From Trichoplax adhaerens (lineage: Eukaryota > Animalia > Placozoa), in NCBI RefSeq assembly GCF_000150275.1, contig NW_002060947.1, positions 2,407,740-2,471,739 of the forward strand: 64,000 nucleotides of DNA, read 5' to 3'. The notes under the pieces were generated by a model, which was not told the DNA's origin, searched no databases, and saw only the letters and a program-made list of their open reading frames with translations. This document shows, in pieces, positions 25,536 to 39,695 of this stretch (position 1 is its first letter; every line of letters begins with the position of its first letter). Made by a program: the position numbers and the translations under genes.

Positions 25536-26032
25536 AGTACTGTACATTGTACTTAGTGCATTCAAAAAATGATGTATTTTATTGTATCTGGGATTACTAA
25601 ATAAAAAGATCGGTATCCCTTTCTCTCTCTTTTCTTTCCTAGCCCCTGATTGTACTATACTGTACAGCAGTGCTCCGTACAATCCTATTGTTGATTGTTT
25701 AATGCTTTCTATCTCAATTAATAAGTGGCAGCTATCCGTCCGTTTCAGATATACTGTACAGTATTGTGTGTTCCAGCCTGGAACTTCCAAGTCTTAAAAG
25801 GATCATTTCCTCCTAAATCATCGAGCTAAAAAAGAGGAGTTACAACTAATTGTACAGTGTAAAGTACCGTACAGTACAGCAAACGGAGAGATTGACCAGT
25901 AGTCATAATGTACTGTACAGTACTATTGTAGAAGCGCGGTACAGGAAGATCAAAGTACTGTACTGTACTGTACAGGACTTTTACTTTGTACTGTACAGCG
26001 CCCTTCTGAAACTAGTACTGTACTGTACACTA
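25536..26032. repeat. TACAGTA/TACTGTA motif cluster upstream of DNAJB9
   Basis: Runs at 25850-25880, 25909-25925, 25954-25975 and 26014-26030. Confidence 0.85.
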
Positions 26033-26242
26033 CATTTTTTGATTATTCCGTAAAAAAGTTTCATTTGCTAAACCATGGAAATCACTTTGTAGTTCGCTAA
26101 ATCATTAACAATCCTGTAGTGTAATCATTGGAAACGAGAGCAGAACGCTCAAATAGCGTCGTAACTTCTTTGAAATTTACAATGTTGACATAAAATACAC
26201 ACGGTCTGATTATAATAATCATTATACTGTAATTAAAAAATC

Positions 26243-27975
26243 ATGAAACTTTTTGCTATCTTCGTTTGCTTGTTAGTTTTTATTGATGAATTAGTTGAGT
26301 GCAATCGATCAAAAAGCTTGTACGACATTCTGGGTATTAGACGCGATGCCAGCGACAAAGAAGTGAAACGAGCCTTTCGTAAATTAGCTATTAAGTACCA
26401 TCCAGATAAAAATAAAGACAAAGATTCGGAAAAGAAATTTATTGAAATTTCGAAAGGTAAATGTTTAAAATCCTCAAAGTTTATACGGTTTCTTATGACC
26501 TTAAAAATAAGTAACCGTTTCCAATGCACTACCAATCTATGGCGTTAAGATATACCGCAACGTACAGTATGTTATCCAAACTTCCTGTCTATTTAGTACA
26601 TAAAATCTTTTTCACAAGTAAATGATCTACGTAAACTCGTACAGTACTGTACTGTATACTAAAAACGTACCTATACTATATATTATATAATTGTGTATTT
26701 ATTCCTTCATATATGTAGCGTATCAAATTCTATCCGATAAAGGTAGGCGTCGGTATTACGATAGATATGGTACCGCTGATGCACCCGTCCCAGGAGAAGG
26801 GTCTTATCCAAGCCAGGATGAGCCATCATTTCAGAATTCAGCTGAATTCCCTGACGTTGATGGCTTTTCCGGATCCAAATATACTTTCTTTGGAGATCAA
26901 GATAAATATTTTGATGATGATCAATTGCATACCAAAGATAATTACAATTACAATCGCCGAGGATGGAAACGAAAACAGTTTTTCTCGTTCGACGATCTCT
27001 TGAACGACGATCTCTTTGAGGATAAATTATTTCATGGCGATGAAAGTATTGGTGAGATCTAATGACTATAGTATATGTGAAAAATATAAAAAATTTATAC
27101 AGTAATGTAGCTAGTCATCGTCTTATTGAATTAAATATGATTTTTAATGGCTTAAATTGTATTGTAGTTTTGCAACTAACAGTATCCCGATAAATGTACA
27201 TTGTAAATTGCATTTCGAAGCATTTCAATTCGTGTCTCCACACTTTCATCTAATTTTATCACTGTATAGTAAATTTCGGTCTACGTGCCATTTTCCTGTT
27301 GTCACTGTAGGCGACTCGTTCTTCACTAACTTTAAGTCACGTTTCTCCGGTGGTCGCCATTTCTTTAATATACATGGTCCATTTCAAGGTTGATCTGCGT
27401 TTTGCACCTCACGATCGCTAGCCTTTGCGGCTAAGTGTAATATAAATATGCTTCTATAGTATAGGAAGCCTGTTATCACTCTTATATAGTAGACATATCC
27501 ATAAGTGTAAGTAAGTAATAAATCGTTAAAATCTCCCTATAGATGACTTCTTTGGTAATTCTGAAGCTGATGCTAAGAAAATACATCCTGATCGACGACA
27601 AGACCGCTTTACGGAAGAATTCTCAAGTATGTTAATACAGTATATGTAATATATAAATGCGAATTGCTAAGAAATGCATTAAATCCTCATTACGTCTCAG
27701 ATATATTTGTAATAGCATTGTTTCCAATTTTCTATAGATATCTATATTTTCCAAGCTCATGTGTACTACTTATGTGTATATTATAGCTCTATGTACAGTA
27801 TCATTATTCCTATTAATATGATATAATGTACAGTATGATGCGATATGTTGTAATGTTATGAAGCCAACTACTGTTCTTACAATTAACAATTAATATTACA
27901 GATGACGAATCAACTTGTAAAACTGTTACCAAGCGCATTGGAAATATTGTCACAACCGAAACATCATGTTCGTGA
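26243..27975 (+). CDS. DNAJB9: ER-luminal J-domain co-chaperone (ERdj4-like), ~5 exons
   Basis: Signal peptide, J domain with YHPDKN and AYQILSD, G/F-rich middle, and C-terminal [19 protein letters not shown] typical of DNAJB9. Confidence 0.9.
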
Positions 27976-30124
27976 TATTTACAGCAATGTTATAAACATA
28001 TTTGTGTAATAAAGAAGTTAACTGTCGTCACAATAGATCTATACTCGTATTGTGTATTACGAAATCATTAATTAAGTAGTGCAATGCTACTTCCAGCTTT
28101 TGGAAAGGTTTGATTCATTTCTGTTATCGAACAGATTCTAGAGATGTAAAAATCTGAATCTGTGTCTTGATGTTAATAGTATAATCATAAATTTAATTTA
28201 TTTCTTGGTTCATTTGTATCCACGACACAAAATATAAATGTATAAGGCTAATAAATGTTAGTAATTATGATAAAAATTTGAATCTAATTCTTGGATTTGA
28301 TCTAAAAGTTGTACCTTTGAATTTAATATCCTGCTGAATTGTTCATTGACTTTAAAAATATCATCGTATAGTTAATTGCTACCTGCGCGAACATTTTAGA
28401 CCTTGCAGCCACCACAGCTCTGCTGCCTGGATTCGACAATATAGCTTATACGATATACTTCAATAATTATATGTAACACAATTGCAGGCTGATCATAAAA
28501 CTATTTTTTTAGTATTCCAGCTATTGTACTACTACCTACAGCAAAATATTTCTTTCTGTACTAATCCGTCCTCATATTAAATCCTGCTGTAATAAGACCT
28601 TCCTTGAATGATCGATTGATCACTTTACATGTTGTAAGATATATTTCGATGCACGTAAAACTAATTAATTATATACTGTATATATCGTAACAAAGTATAA
28701 TAATCTAAAAAGTGTTACTACTTTCTATGCGTTTAGTGTAACTAATTGTAGACTATCATGAGATCCCTATTCACAATTCTTCCAGTGAAACTTATTGGTT
28801 ATATCTGTTGTACATATACAAGATTATGAACTTCAAGAACGGATGCACATCTTATCTTTAATTAATGGTGATACCTTGCCCTCCCACTAGGAGGAATAGT
28901 TCGAACCCGCAATCGATGAAGATTTTGCAATCTGTTGTCGCTACTGCAAGGCGATAATTTTATAATACTGTAATGTTTCATGCAGAGTCGTAACAGCTTA
29001 AGCATATTTACAATAACTCTAGTCATAGTCTCTAGTATATTCTGCCAGTCAATAACATGTAGCTCTTTTATGAATCCTTTAATGCTAATCATCATCAGTA
29101 GATATGATCGCTATTAATTAAATTTAAAAATCAGATGGTTGGGTACAGTAGCGCTTAAAACATCGTATTTACAATCAAATTAGTAGACGTTAACCATAAA
29201 TGTTAGGAGGAACACTGTACGTTGTACGGTGTATACAGAAATCTACAATCAGTGATCAACTTCCAGTTGACCTAAAGAGTTTTAATGCTATAAAAGTTTT
29301 GTTAGTCTAACAGAAAAAATTTTATAGCATAATTAAGGAGCTCGCTCAACAATAGCTAGTAACAAAAAGTAAACTAGAAGGTATTACAATGATACACGAT
29401 AAAATTGCTTTAGTTCTCTCTACTCCCTTGATATCGTCAAATGAGCATCATATACCGACACGGACAGACTAAGCAAGCGGATAGAATAGAATACAATTCA
29501 ACTCGCGCTCCCAAAACTACCTTATACACAAGGTTATTGGTACAGTAACAAGCTAAGGCTAGACATACTACAAGATAGCAGTTGAAGTTATAAACAAATT
29601 TGAGACCGTCCGTCAAGTACACCATTACCGGTACGGCAATATTTAATGATAAAAATACTACCAAGGTCTTGCTTTTTCGAGCGTTTTTTTAAATCTTAGT
29701 AGCTTGCGCCCGAGTCGTTACAGTCACACAATAAGGGAACTATATCAACAATATTAGACGTTTTTGATCTCATTTACTTGACAGTCAAAGCAAGGACTTT
29801 TAGCAAGTATTCGATCTCTTTCATGCATAGTACTGAATAATAGATCGTAGAAACGCTGCATTTTTTATAAACATATAATTCTGTCGGATCAACGTAGGTT
29901 CTTCAAATGGCAATAATATAATCAGTAATTAATTTAATTTTAAAACGAATTATACAAGGTACAAGTAGTTTGCTTACAGTAAAAGAACGGTTAAACTAAG
30001 GTCAGAAATTATCCTAGTTAACACAATCGTATTACATTATACACTATACACTCTGTTGATTCTGCATTGCAAACGAATCTAGGTATAAATCAGAAATGTG
30101 TTAATTAATCATATAAGTGCAGGT

Positions 30125-31483
30125 TTAATTTGCATGCAATCCCTTTATCATAATACCATTTAATGAGAGCGCATAAAGGAATCTTTGCTTAGACATTTCG
30201 GTAACGCCGTGAATAGCAAAGACAGAGTCAATTTCATCTACAGATACGTTATAAATACTTGGACCTTTGAATAAATCAGTTCGAAATCGCTGATCATGCT
30301 TAGGCTTTACGCCTTTCTTCTCAGCAAGTAAGCTTATATACACATCCTCAGCAAACGGTAATATCGGTATATCCTTGAAAGCTGTTACGATTTCCATCAA
30401 AACATCAAAAGTCATTAAATATGCAAACCCAGTGCAGGACGGTGGATATACATTACCGTGAAATATGCTCCATAATTTAGCTTGATTCTTCCCAATTTTT
30501 CGCTTGACATGCGCTAATTTGATAGATAGATTCTTCCTCGTGAATACATTGCAAAGCCATAATTTATCTGGTCCTCCCTTCTTTTTATTAATTAATTGAT
30601 TTACGAATTCGAATATTCTCGGAGAATTTAAGAAAATATCGTCATCACCTTTAATAGTAAAATATGGTTGACAAAAATTCCAAGCCCAAAGCATCCCAAG
30701 GATTGTTTTCAAGGTTTTATTATGAGGCGTATCATCTAATCTCGCAAAAATTATATCTTGGTATATTGCAGATTCCCTATAGACAGCATTATTAATTTCT
30801 GCGTTCTTACTTTGGCCAACAACGAATAAAGTACGCCACGCATACGGATGTTTATTAACGTGATTAAATTCACTTCCATTTCCCCAAGTTTGTCGAATAC
30901 CATTACGTCGATAGAACCGATCTGCTCTAGAATTTATCATCACCAAAATTATCGCCTGTTTGACACAAGGGCTGGCAGTGTGATCTTTTAGCAAACCGAG
31001 ATTTACGGAAATCTTTTGTGGTGATTTATGATTGACATCGACAGTAGGAACGATCATCTTATTTTCCATAACAAAACGATTCAAATAGTCCCCATAGTTT
31101 AAGTGATAACTAAATTTCTTTTCTGGAGGATTGTCGTTAGAAAGTTTTACGAAAAGCTCCTGTGTAGTTTCCTCGAGAGAAGCCAGGTTGTTCATACTCA
31201 AACCGTTCAAACCATCATTGAACGATAGTAGCTGAGTTAAGTCTGCATGCGTGATATTTCCCGCTGATAACTTATCATAGGTAAAACGATCGACCTGTAA
31301 AGTTTGAGATACGGTAAAACGGTAACTGGGTAGCTGTCTTTCCAGTAAGACAGCAGCATAATATAACAGTAAAAAGCAAGTGAAGTTGAATATAAGGGCA
31401 AGTTGCAAGAATCTCCTGCAACTAAACATAGCAACAGTAATGGGCGTAGTCGCAACGACTTCTAAGTGATTCACTTGCTTCAT
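30125..31483 (-). CDS. GT31 family beta-1,3-galactosyl/GlcNAc-transferase, intronless CDS (start at 31483 or 31429)
   Basis: Type II TM anchor; RRNGIRQTWG, ESAIYQDII, LKT, KGDDDIFLN (DxD), YPPSCTGFAYLMT and EDVYI motifs. Confidence 0.92.
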   Translation of the reverse strand: MKQVNHLEVVATTPITVAMFSCRRFLQLALIFNFTCFLLLYYAAVLLERQLPSYRFTVSQTLQVDRFTYDKLSAGNITHADLTQLLSFNDGLNGLSMNNLASLEETTQELFVKLSNDNPPEKKFSYHLNYGDYLNRFVMENKMIVPTVDVNHKSPQKISVNLGLLKDHTASPCVKQAIILVMINSRADRFYRRNGIRQTWGNGSEFNHVNKHPYAWRTLFVVGQSKNAEINNAVYRESAIYQDIIFARLDDTPHNKTLKTILGMLWAWNFCQPYFTIKGDDDIFLNSPRIFEFVNQLINKKKGGPDKLWLCNVFTRKNLSIKLAHVKRKIGKNQAKLWSIFHGNVYPPSCTGFAYLMTFDVLMEIVTAFKDIPILPFAEDVYISLLAEKKGVKPKHDQRFRTDLFKGPSIYNVSVDEIDSVFAIHGVTEMSKQRFLYALSLNGIMIKGLHAN

Positions 31484-31839
31484 GGAGATTCCCAGAACTT
31501 TCACGATAAATTTGCACACATCTACGGTGTACAACCACCAAACTATACAAATGATCCAACCTATAAGTACGGTAAAAAGTCGTTAGCAACATAATCCTTT
31601 AATGTCGAATCGATAAGAAAGTTACATATACCAATATACCTATTATAAATTATATGTACGTATCTGTCGCTATGCATAATTCGATAAACATTAAACATTC
31701 TACTATAACACGGTACTGTAGCCCTAAAAATAGAGTAAAAAATAGCTATGTGCTGTATACTATACCATGGACTACACATAGCCGTTGAGAGAATTCGAAA
31801 ATTAAAGCAATTGTAGCTGGTCAGTATCACTCCTTGACG

Positions 31840-34800
31840 TTACTGTATACATATGTAACTACCGTGCGACTCGTAGTACAGTACGTACAATTGTACAGTA
31901 TCAGCATGGACTACTGAAATTACTAGTACAGTAGTCCACTACTATATGAGCTACACGGACAGATTGCTTCTTAAAATCAATCAGCACGCTCCTATGCGGC
32001 ATTATCATAGGGTAATTAAAGTAAAAGAAATGCAAGCAAGTTAAATTCGAGAGTGTACAGTACAGAAACAAAGTTAACTGTACAGTATATTGATAAGCAT
32101 ATTTCATCTAAATACTGTACAGTCACCGCAAGATATCGTAGAGAAGTACTGTACAGTGCAGAACCTGGGTGCAGTTTAGCAGATTAATATTATTATTACT
32201 ATTAATTTTTTTCACATTGTACAGAATAGTAATACTGCATTGTTACATATATGTATCACTGTACAATGTGTTTTAGATTGTTTCAGATATAGAAAAAGGG
32301 AAAAAATATAACTTAAACTAACATACAAATGCTGTACTATATACTAACATCTAGCAACTGTTCATGGAAGAATTGTCAAAGCACATAGCAATAATTTTGT
32401 ATGTAATACTGTACTTTGCCATCACAATATTTGAAGAATTAATAAACACATCGTACTGTACGTACTGCACTCCGTAAAAATCCATTACCGTACCATCATC
32501 ATCAGCGTTAACGGTTGACCATTGCATTCATGTAGATGTACTGTAGATTCACCTCCAATGGCAAGAAATTTAAAATACCGTGTCATAATCTTGCGTGTTA
32601 ATGAATTAGCGATGGCCATCGACCCATGTAACAAATTTTAGAATTCGTTTTGCCATCCTAGATATACCGTACAGTGTACAGTGCACATTATACAGCACGG
32701 TACTGTACAGTACAGTACAGTACAGAAATTTTCAGTCTGCGAGTACTGTACTGTGTGTGTACTGTAGAGGACCGTTCTTCTTATTCTAGTAATCTACTGT
32801 ACTGCACTGCGTATACGCATACTGTACAGTACAGTAGTCCATTAAATTTAATGAATTTAATTTTATTACTGTACAGTACAGTATGCTCGACATTTTTACA
32901 GTGTGGAAAATACAGTGAACAGTACAGTATACTGTACAGTACAGTACACTAGGATCCGACCGGACCAGGCCATGAACACCTTCACTAGTAACTATAGTAC
33001 TGTACAAAACACCATTGATTGATGTACAGTATGTACTGTAAATTGTAGAACAGGCCGTCCGGTACGGTACTGCAATGTACAGTACAGTACAGTACCGTAC
33101 TATCATCGTTAAGAGGTTAAATAATTCAACAGCAGCATTAAGTTAACACATGGATTTCTTCCATACTGAACCTATAGTTCTGTAAATACCTTAAAATTAA
33201 TCTGAGAAATGGGTAGAAAACTGAATAAAAATTAGCCAAGAAATAGTTCGTACGTGTTATTAAAGTTTAATTTTCAAAGAAATCTATATATTTGATGCGG
33301 AGACGTTGAAAAAACCTATTTCTCTCGTACTTTCTTAACAAGATTTTCGTTTTCGCCAATGCCGTCCATGGTTTGTTTTCTTTTGCACTTTATCGTATTT
33401 CTGTACTGCAGTGTACAGTACAATCTCGTACTACTGTATATACAGTACTGTACTGCGCAGTAATTGACCAAAGATCTACAGGCTATAGACTCTACAATAA
33501 TTCTGTACAGTACTGTACAGGTACATTACAGTACAGTATTGTGATCAGTTCAATACGCAACTGGTCTGGTACAGCCATACAGGCTCTCTACAAGATCAGT
33601 TATCACGCATTTCAGCGCGTGCGATACCGTGCAAAATCGCTATCGTATCTTAAATTACTGTGATTGATTGACGTAAAAGGTGGGTACCGCAGATAAGTAA
33701 TAACCAATCAATTATTATATTTTATAGTTATCTAGAATGGCGCCGAAGGTGATTTGTCCTGCTGACACGACTATCAGTAATTAGTGATAAATGAACTATA
33801 AACTTGAAGAATAGAAAAAATTCATAATTTAGATATCAAAATTCTAAAATACTGTACAATGTACATACAGTATCACCACTACAGTACTAATAAGAGAGAC
33901 TACAAAATGGTGGGTAAAAATTAATGCGCATACTACTACAGAAAGATGCACTGTGTACTGTACAGTACAGTATGAACAATAAACGGAACTATTATAAGGG
34001 TTAACGGAGGCTGTACGGAAGACACGGCGCGTGCCGCACCTCCGCTCCGAACGATCGTGGGAATAACGCACATACAGACTGATACAGTATTTGAGTTAAT
34101 AAAATCATCTGTTTACTGTAGTTTTGCGTCATTGACGGCAATAAAACTTAATAGCTGCTTGCAGCAAACCACATACGTACAGTTTGCTGATCTAAGATTG
34201 GGTGATTTGTCATTGCACTGTTGGAACTTTGGAACGAATATACTGTATATACAGTATATAGTATACACCACATAACGCAACACCTGATTAGAAGGTAACT
34301 GTTTACGCAAAGTAATTGATAAATAATAATAACTGATGGATGTAGAGAAGTGCCGTACCTTATATTTTCTCTCCAGGGGATTCCTTTCCATTGTGCTGTA
34401 TGTAATTGCACCAACGCCAAGCTGTCTTGCCATATCTTCAGTGATTCATTTCTTCTTTAATTGATTTTTACGGTTAATCCATTATACCTGTATATATCGA
34501 CCAGTAATACGTATCGGTTTCTCTGCTCAGTTTCATACCGATGGGTTATATATATAAGTAAATGTAGTTAAAGTACCTAATGCAAAGTTATAGAAGAATT
34601 TCATGTTAGCCTTTAATCATACAGTATTGTGCTGTACAGTACTGTAAGCGTTACTAGACGGCTATAATTATAATTATTATTATTATAAACTCATAGTCGC
34701 CGTATGTACTGTTCGTAGTAGGAAAATAATCGTTTAAAATTGTGACCTAATCTGCAGTATGCGTTCACTGTACGAACAGGTACGAATACTATATACTGTG

Positions 34801-35550
34801 CTATACTGTTTTTCGCGCATTATCATAAACTGTAGGAACAGTAAGTGGTGTATTGCAGTTTAGCCCTATACGGCTAACAGTTTAATAAATCATTTTGCAA
34901 TATATAATAAGTACAGTACAGAATACTGTACTATGCTGTATACCGAATTTATTATTTTAAAATTAGAATTATTAGCACCAGTTCAATTAACAGTTAATCA
35001 CTCCACAGTTTAGAATTTCATATTATAGAATTAATTTGTTTTAATAGTATATAAATATATATGATTATAATATAATCGCCAACCTATTTTTCCGCCTGCT
35101 CTGGTCACTTCAGTTACGGAATTTGAAATTTCGTGGTAATGCATGGCAAGTCAGTTCTAGTCGTTATACCGTGTGGTGCAGTTACTCTAATGTACAGTAC
35201 ATGCAGTACAGTACACTGTAGAAACTTGTTTAGTCATTACAGCACTGTACAGTACTGTAGTTTCAACGTTTACGCTTTCTATTATCTACAGTAGAATATC
35301 AATTTTTTTATTCCTATCAACAGATGTTAGAAAAATTCTGGAGTTTTAGAAACTCCTGATTGCATCTAATTTAGGCGTACTAATACAGTGTCCCTGATAC
35401 TTTATTAAAATTGCAATATAGTACTGTACTCTTTATTTTGCAGTCAATCCCCTATAAATTATACTCTTAATGTTCTGCAACACTGAACAAATCCTACATA
35501 CAGTATTTATTATACTGTATGTGCGTAATCTAGTGTACAGTATAGTACTG
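31840..35550. repeat. TACAGTA/TACTGTA motif clusters in the glycosyltransferase/GATA divergent intergenic region
   Basis: Densest at 32666-33102; also 33400-33540, 33850-33975, 34620-34650, 35190-35260 and 35530-35552. Confidence 0.9.
33600..33790. promoter_or_regulatory. Candidate GATA-gene promoter/enhancer with five WGATAR sites plus CCAAT and CRE-like motifs
   Basis: ttatca 33600, agataa 33691, ttatct 33728, ctatca 33771, tgataa 33785; tgacgtaa 33669; ccaat 33704. Confidence 0.45.
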
Positions 35551-36430
35551 TAAAATAGATTTAGGGTTTAAACGCGACGGAATCACTTTACTTATTTAGC
35601 TATGTGTGTTTTTGCAAAGTTATTCGCGTTATGTCGTTGACGTTGACTTGTGTAACAATATAGTACTAGCTCTGCGAGAATACTGATACTCACCTTTAAA
35701 TTGTAGTAACTCAACTGTTATTGGATCTTACTATTCTCGTTCATATTATTCGGCTTTTATCCCGTATACTTTTTTAACTATTCAGTAGTAATAAAATGGG
35801 AAATGCTCACCAGTTAGCATGGATCCTGCTAGTGGTATACACTCACGTACTGTATGTAGTGTACTATACAATACGTCGCTCGAGTAAGTACGGTATATCT
35901 TGCTCTGCTGTCTTCTACTATCAAGATCGTATTGAAATTAGTTATTGTAAATTTATATAGATATGTAAATTCCCACTTAGTTTATAGTTATAATTAGCAA
36001 TGAAGAATAAAATTTGGCATAGATGCCACATTATTTAGGTTATTAGCAACTGATCTTGCTAAGCAATTATTTACGTGAAAGTTAGGCCTGGAATACAAAA
36101 TTTTCCTTTAGGGCAGTAAAGGAATATTGGGGATCGCATTAAAACTGTGTAGTCAGGAACTTAATCATGCATAGATGTATTGGCTTTATGGTAATATAAA
36201 AGCCGTTGTTGTTGTCTAACTGTGTTTAGTGCATGCTGTAGAATCAATATAGGCACTGTTGCGACAGACCCATTGGCATAAGCGGTTATTTTAGTATGAA
36301 TGTTTGTAGTATTAATTACAGAGAAATGTATTAGCCTTTAATTAACTTCCATTATGTTTTACTCCGTCAGAACAATTGGTTCAATTTAGATTCGCAGTCG
36401 GCTTGTCGCCATTGGAATTGGAGTTTAACA

Positions 36431-38533
36431 ATGGAAAGTAACTCAAACGATTCAGGATGGCCTAGCAGTACTGACAATAAAACTACTATAAATCCATCAT
36501 TTTGGCATACAGGAACTTCTCCCGTAGAATCTATAGGCGAACCTTCTAAAACACAAACATCCACTGTATGTTCGTCAGCTGGTGCGAATGAAGATGAAAT
36601 GTTCTCCTCCGGTCTAGACAATTCTGGAAACTCAACTTTTTACTCTCGATCTCAAAATGTACTTCTGCAAGAACAGACACCATATCTTAATTCTCCTGCG
36701 ATGACTCTTGCAAGTGGTCGAAGTGTCGTAGCAAACAATCGTAGCTGTCGTAATACTTTTAACACAGGCATATTTTTTGATAGTAATCAGACTGCCAATT
36801 CTCAATCCTCTCTCTGGTCAACAATGAATTCAAATCATCCTCCAGCATCTCTTGCAACTCAGCCTCCTTTTTTAACTAGCTGGTTAGCCACACCAGCTAG
36901 CGGTTCTACTCCATCGACATCACCTCGGGTTCCCAACTTTTCAAGTGGAGAATTTAGTGGGACTGAAGTTAACCCGAACTGTAAGTAACCATTAGTCAAT
37001 TAACTGCAATGTTCAAATTAGATGAGTCATACTACGATCCTATTTTTAAAATTACATGCTGTAGAGACTACTGTATCATAAGGCACCTTTCGAGTGCATC
37101 GACGAGCTATGCGGTTTATGTCTACTTCCTTCAATTATAATAAAGGATTTTGAAGGGTCTCAGAATAAGGATTTATTTACATAAAATTATTAGGTTGCCG
37201 TAGACTTGATATGTAATTTTATTCAGTATAAGCGTCCGTTATACCTCAACTTTAGCTCAATCAATTTAATTAAGTACGAGCTTATCCAAGTTAATTTCGT
37301 ATATGACTCACAGTTGCTCCAGGAATTGGTGAAGATGGGTGTAATCCTAAGTTAGCGTTAACATCGAAAGCTACTGTAATAAATTCCGGTTACGGTCCTA
37401 TCAATACTGTTAATTGTTCCTTTCGGCCGTACTATAGCGGCATTCCGGTAAAAGGTGAACTTTCTAATATGTGCTCTAGCCGCAGAAGTAAAAACCATGC
37501 AATTGCGCGATCATCAACACCAGGTAAGCGCTAGTATGAGAATGTAACCCTTCAAGTAGTCATGATAACATATATTTTATTTTATGAATATTCGTGTTGT
37601 GTTGTCGTTTCCATTTCCGATAATGGAAGACTAATAAGAAATGTAAAATTTTAGCTGATAAGGAGTGTAGTTCCTGCGGCTCAAAGGATGTCCCGTTGTG
37701 GAGAAAAGACGCTAGTGGTCATTATATTTGTAATTGGTGTGGTTTACATTGGAAAAATAACTGTAACAATATTCCTACCCGTCATTCAAGTAAACAAAAG
37801 CAACTTATTGTACGTCTCTTACAGTACTATTAAAGGAAAAAAGTATACAAGTTTACGTATACGTTTTGTTCCTACTTCGTTTGGTGTCTCATGCCACTAT
37901 AAGAACTTAAAGGAAAATCGTAGTCTCATCAGTGATATTTTAAAAATTTTGTATATTCGCTCTAGATTTGCGCCAACTGTCATACAACAAGCACCACTCT
38001 TTGGCGCCGAAATAGTAAAGGGGAACAAGTATGCAATGCCTGTGGATTGTATTATAAGCTGCATCAGGTGTCATGAAATTAATGTGATCCAATTCATTTC
38101 TTTACTTTAGCATGGTAGTTATATTATGGAAAGCCTGCATTGAACGTTGAGTTCGCTTATTCTGTAATTTTTTAGGCTAGCCAGATGACAGCAATTTTAT
38201 TTGCTGTGAATTACTGATTCTAACATTCATTACTCCTGTTTTACTTATTAGACTGAAAGGCCCCTTTCTATGAAAAAAGATACCATTCAGACTCGTAATA
38301 GAAAAAAGAATTCTAAAAAAAAGAAGCCACCAACGAAATCGTTAGGTATTTCTCCTAGCCAGGATTTCGTAGTAATGGATAAGACTCCACAGTCACTATA
38401 CGGATCACTATCTGCTCGTTCTCAGTATTCACACCATTCAGTCTGTAATAGTACTATTCTGCCGCCTACTTACCTTAGTGGAAATTCGCAGCACCTGCTA
38501 TCTTCATTTGCACAAAAGAATGCTCTCTCTTAA
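36431..38533 (+). CDS. GATA: GATA zinc-finger transcription factor with two Cx2Cx17Cx2C fingers; the true start may be further upstream
   Basis: Exon 37655-37809 [31 protein letters not shown]; exon 37966-38067 [33 protein letters not shown]; exon 38252-38533 [18 protein letters not shown]; Ser/Pro-rich N-terminus. Confidence 0.95.
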
Positions 38534-39695
38534 AGAGTTATCGAATTATTTAATGTACTTGCGTGTAGCCTAAAATACAGAACTATTACGCATCTGCGTA
38601 TAGTTATTGACGTTCTAGCAAATATTCAGCTTTTGATTTGTTAACTACTTCGTTCGATTGTTATTGCTGTATAAAATCATGTTAAAGAATCTACTGTGTT
38701 AATGAATATCGTACTTGCGTTGTCTTCAATTTACGATAATGAGAACTTCAAATAATTTAAAGTCTGAAAATGTTATCAGTGATGACTCTACACTCTAGTC
38801 ACATTTATGTTCTAAGTAATGAAGACGATATGGAAATTTAAATTGAGCTTCTATACCCGAGAAAGCTATAAATATTCATCGGTATTTTTGATTATACTAT
38901 AATTACTTAAATAAATGAATAAAATGAACGTTTGCCAATACGTATATAAGTATGGAACTTAATAATTTTTAAAATTGTCTCACATCGTTGTCTTTCCGAT
39001 GTGTAAATTATCATATTAGTTCTTCCATTATTATCGACATGGTACTACTCTAGCCAAGTATTTGATGTGGTCAATCAAGCGTATCAATGTTGCACGATGC
39101 AGCATTAACAGATCCAGATGCACAGTTTATTGTACTCAAAATGCAGAATTTACTTCGCTTCGGCCATGTTTATAGCGATCTGAATCAAAATCTCCAAGAT
39201 ACGTGTATGTTACAAAGTTAGTATTGAAATCCTTCACAATGTTAGGTCTTAAAAATCTCAACCGATATAACAGCATCATGTTACTATTAGCATGAATACT
39301 ACCGTTTCATAAGTATAAGTAAAATGCTTGTCTTTCCTATGTAAAAACGTTACGAGAATAAAAAGAAGCAACTCTAGGTACACTATTACAGTATCTCGTA
39401 TGCCGTAGATAAAGTGTCAGTTACGTAAAAAGTAAGCAGATGAGCATGCACTGAACATGCAAATGCGCTTACACAGCATAGAAATTTAATGAATTTCCCT
39501 AATTTTTAAAGTTATCATAAATGCTTTATTGTATTATCATTTATATCAGCTTCAAAATTGAAATGCCGGTAAAGTTCTATCTAGTAAATTCGTATGCACA
39601 GTACTACAACTTACAATAGCAGTTTGTTAACAGCTGCAACTTCTGTATGAGCGAACTGATTGCTGTCGGGCAACAATTACGGTTAAATTTGTTCG

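Noticed and set aside
32956-33066. Imperfect inverted repeat ccggac(ca)ggcc ... ggccgtccgg
   Set aside because: Too short and gapped, with no TSD; it cannot be supported as an element.
37688-38110. 140-aa ORF with a hydrophobic N-terminus overlapping the GATA zinc-finger exons
   Set aside because: Alternative-frame read-through of two real exons and an intron; no independent support.
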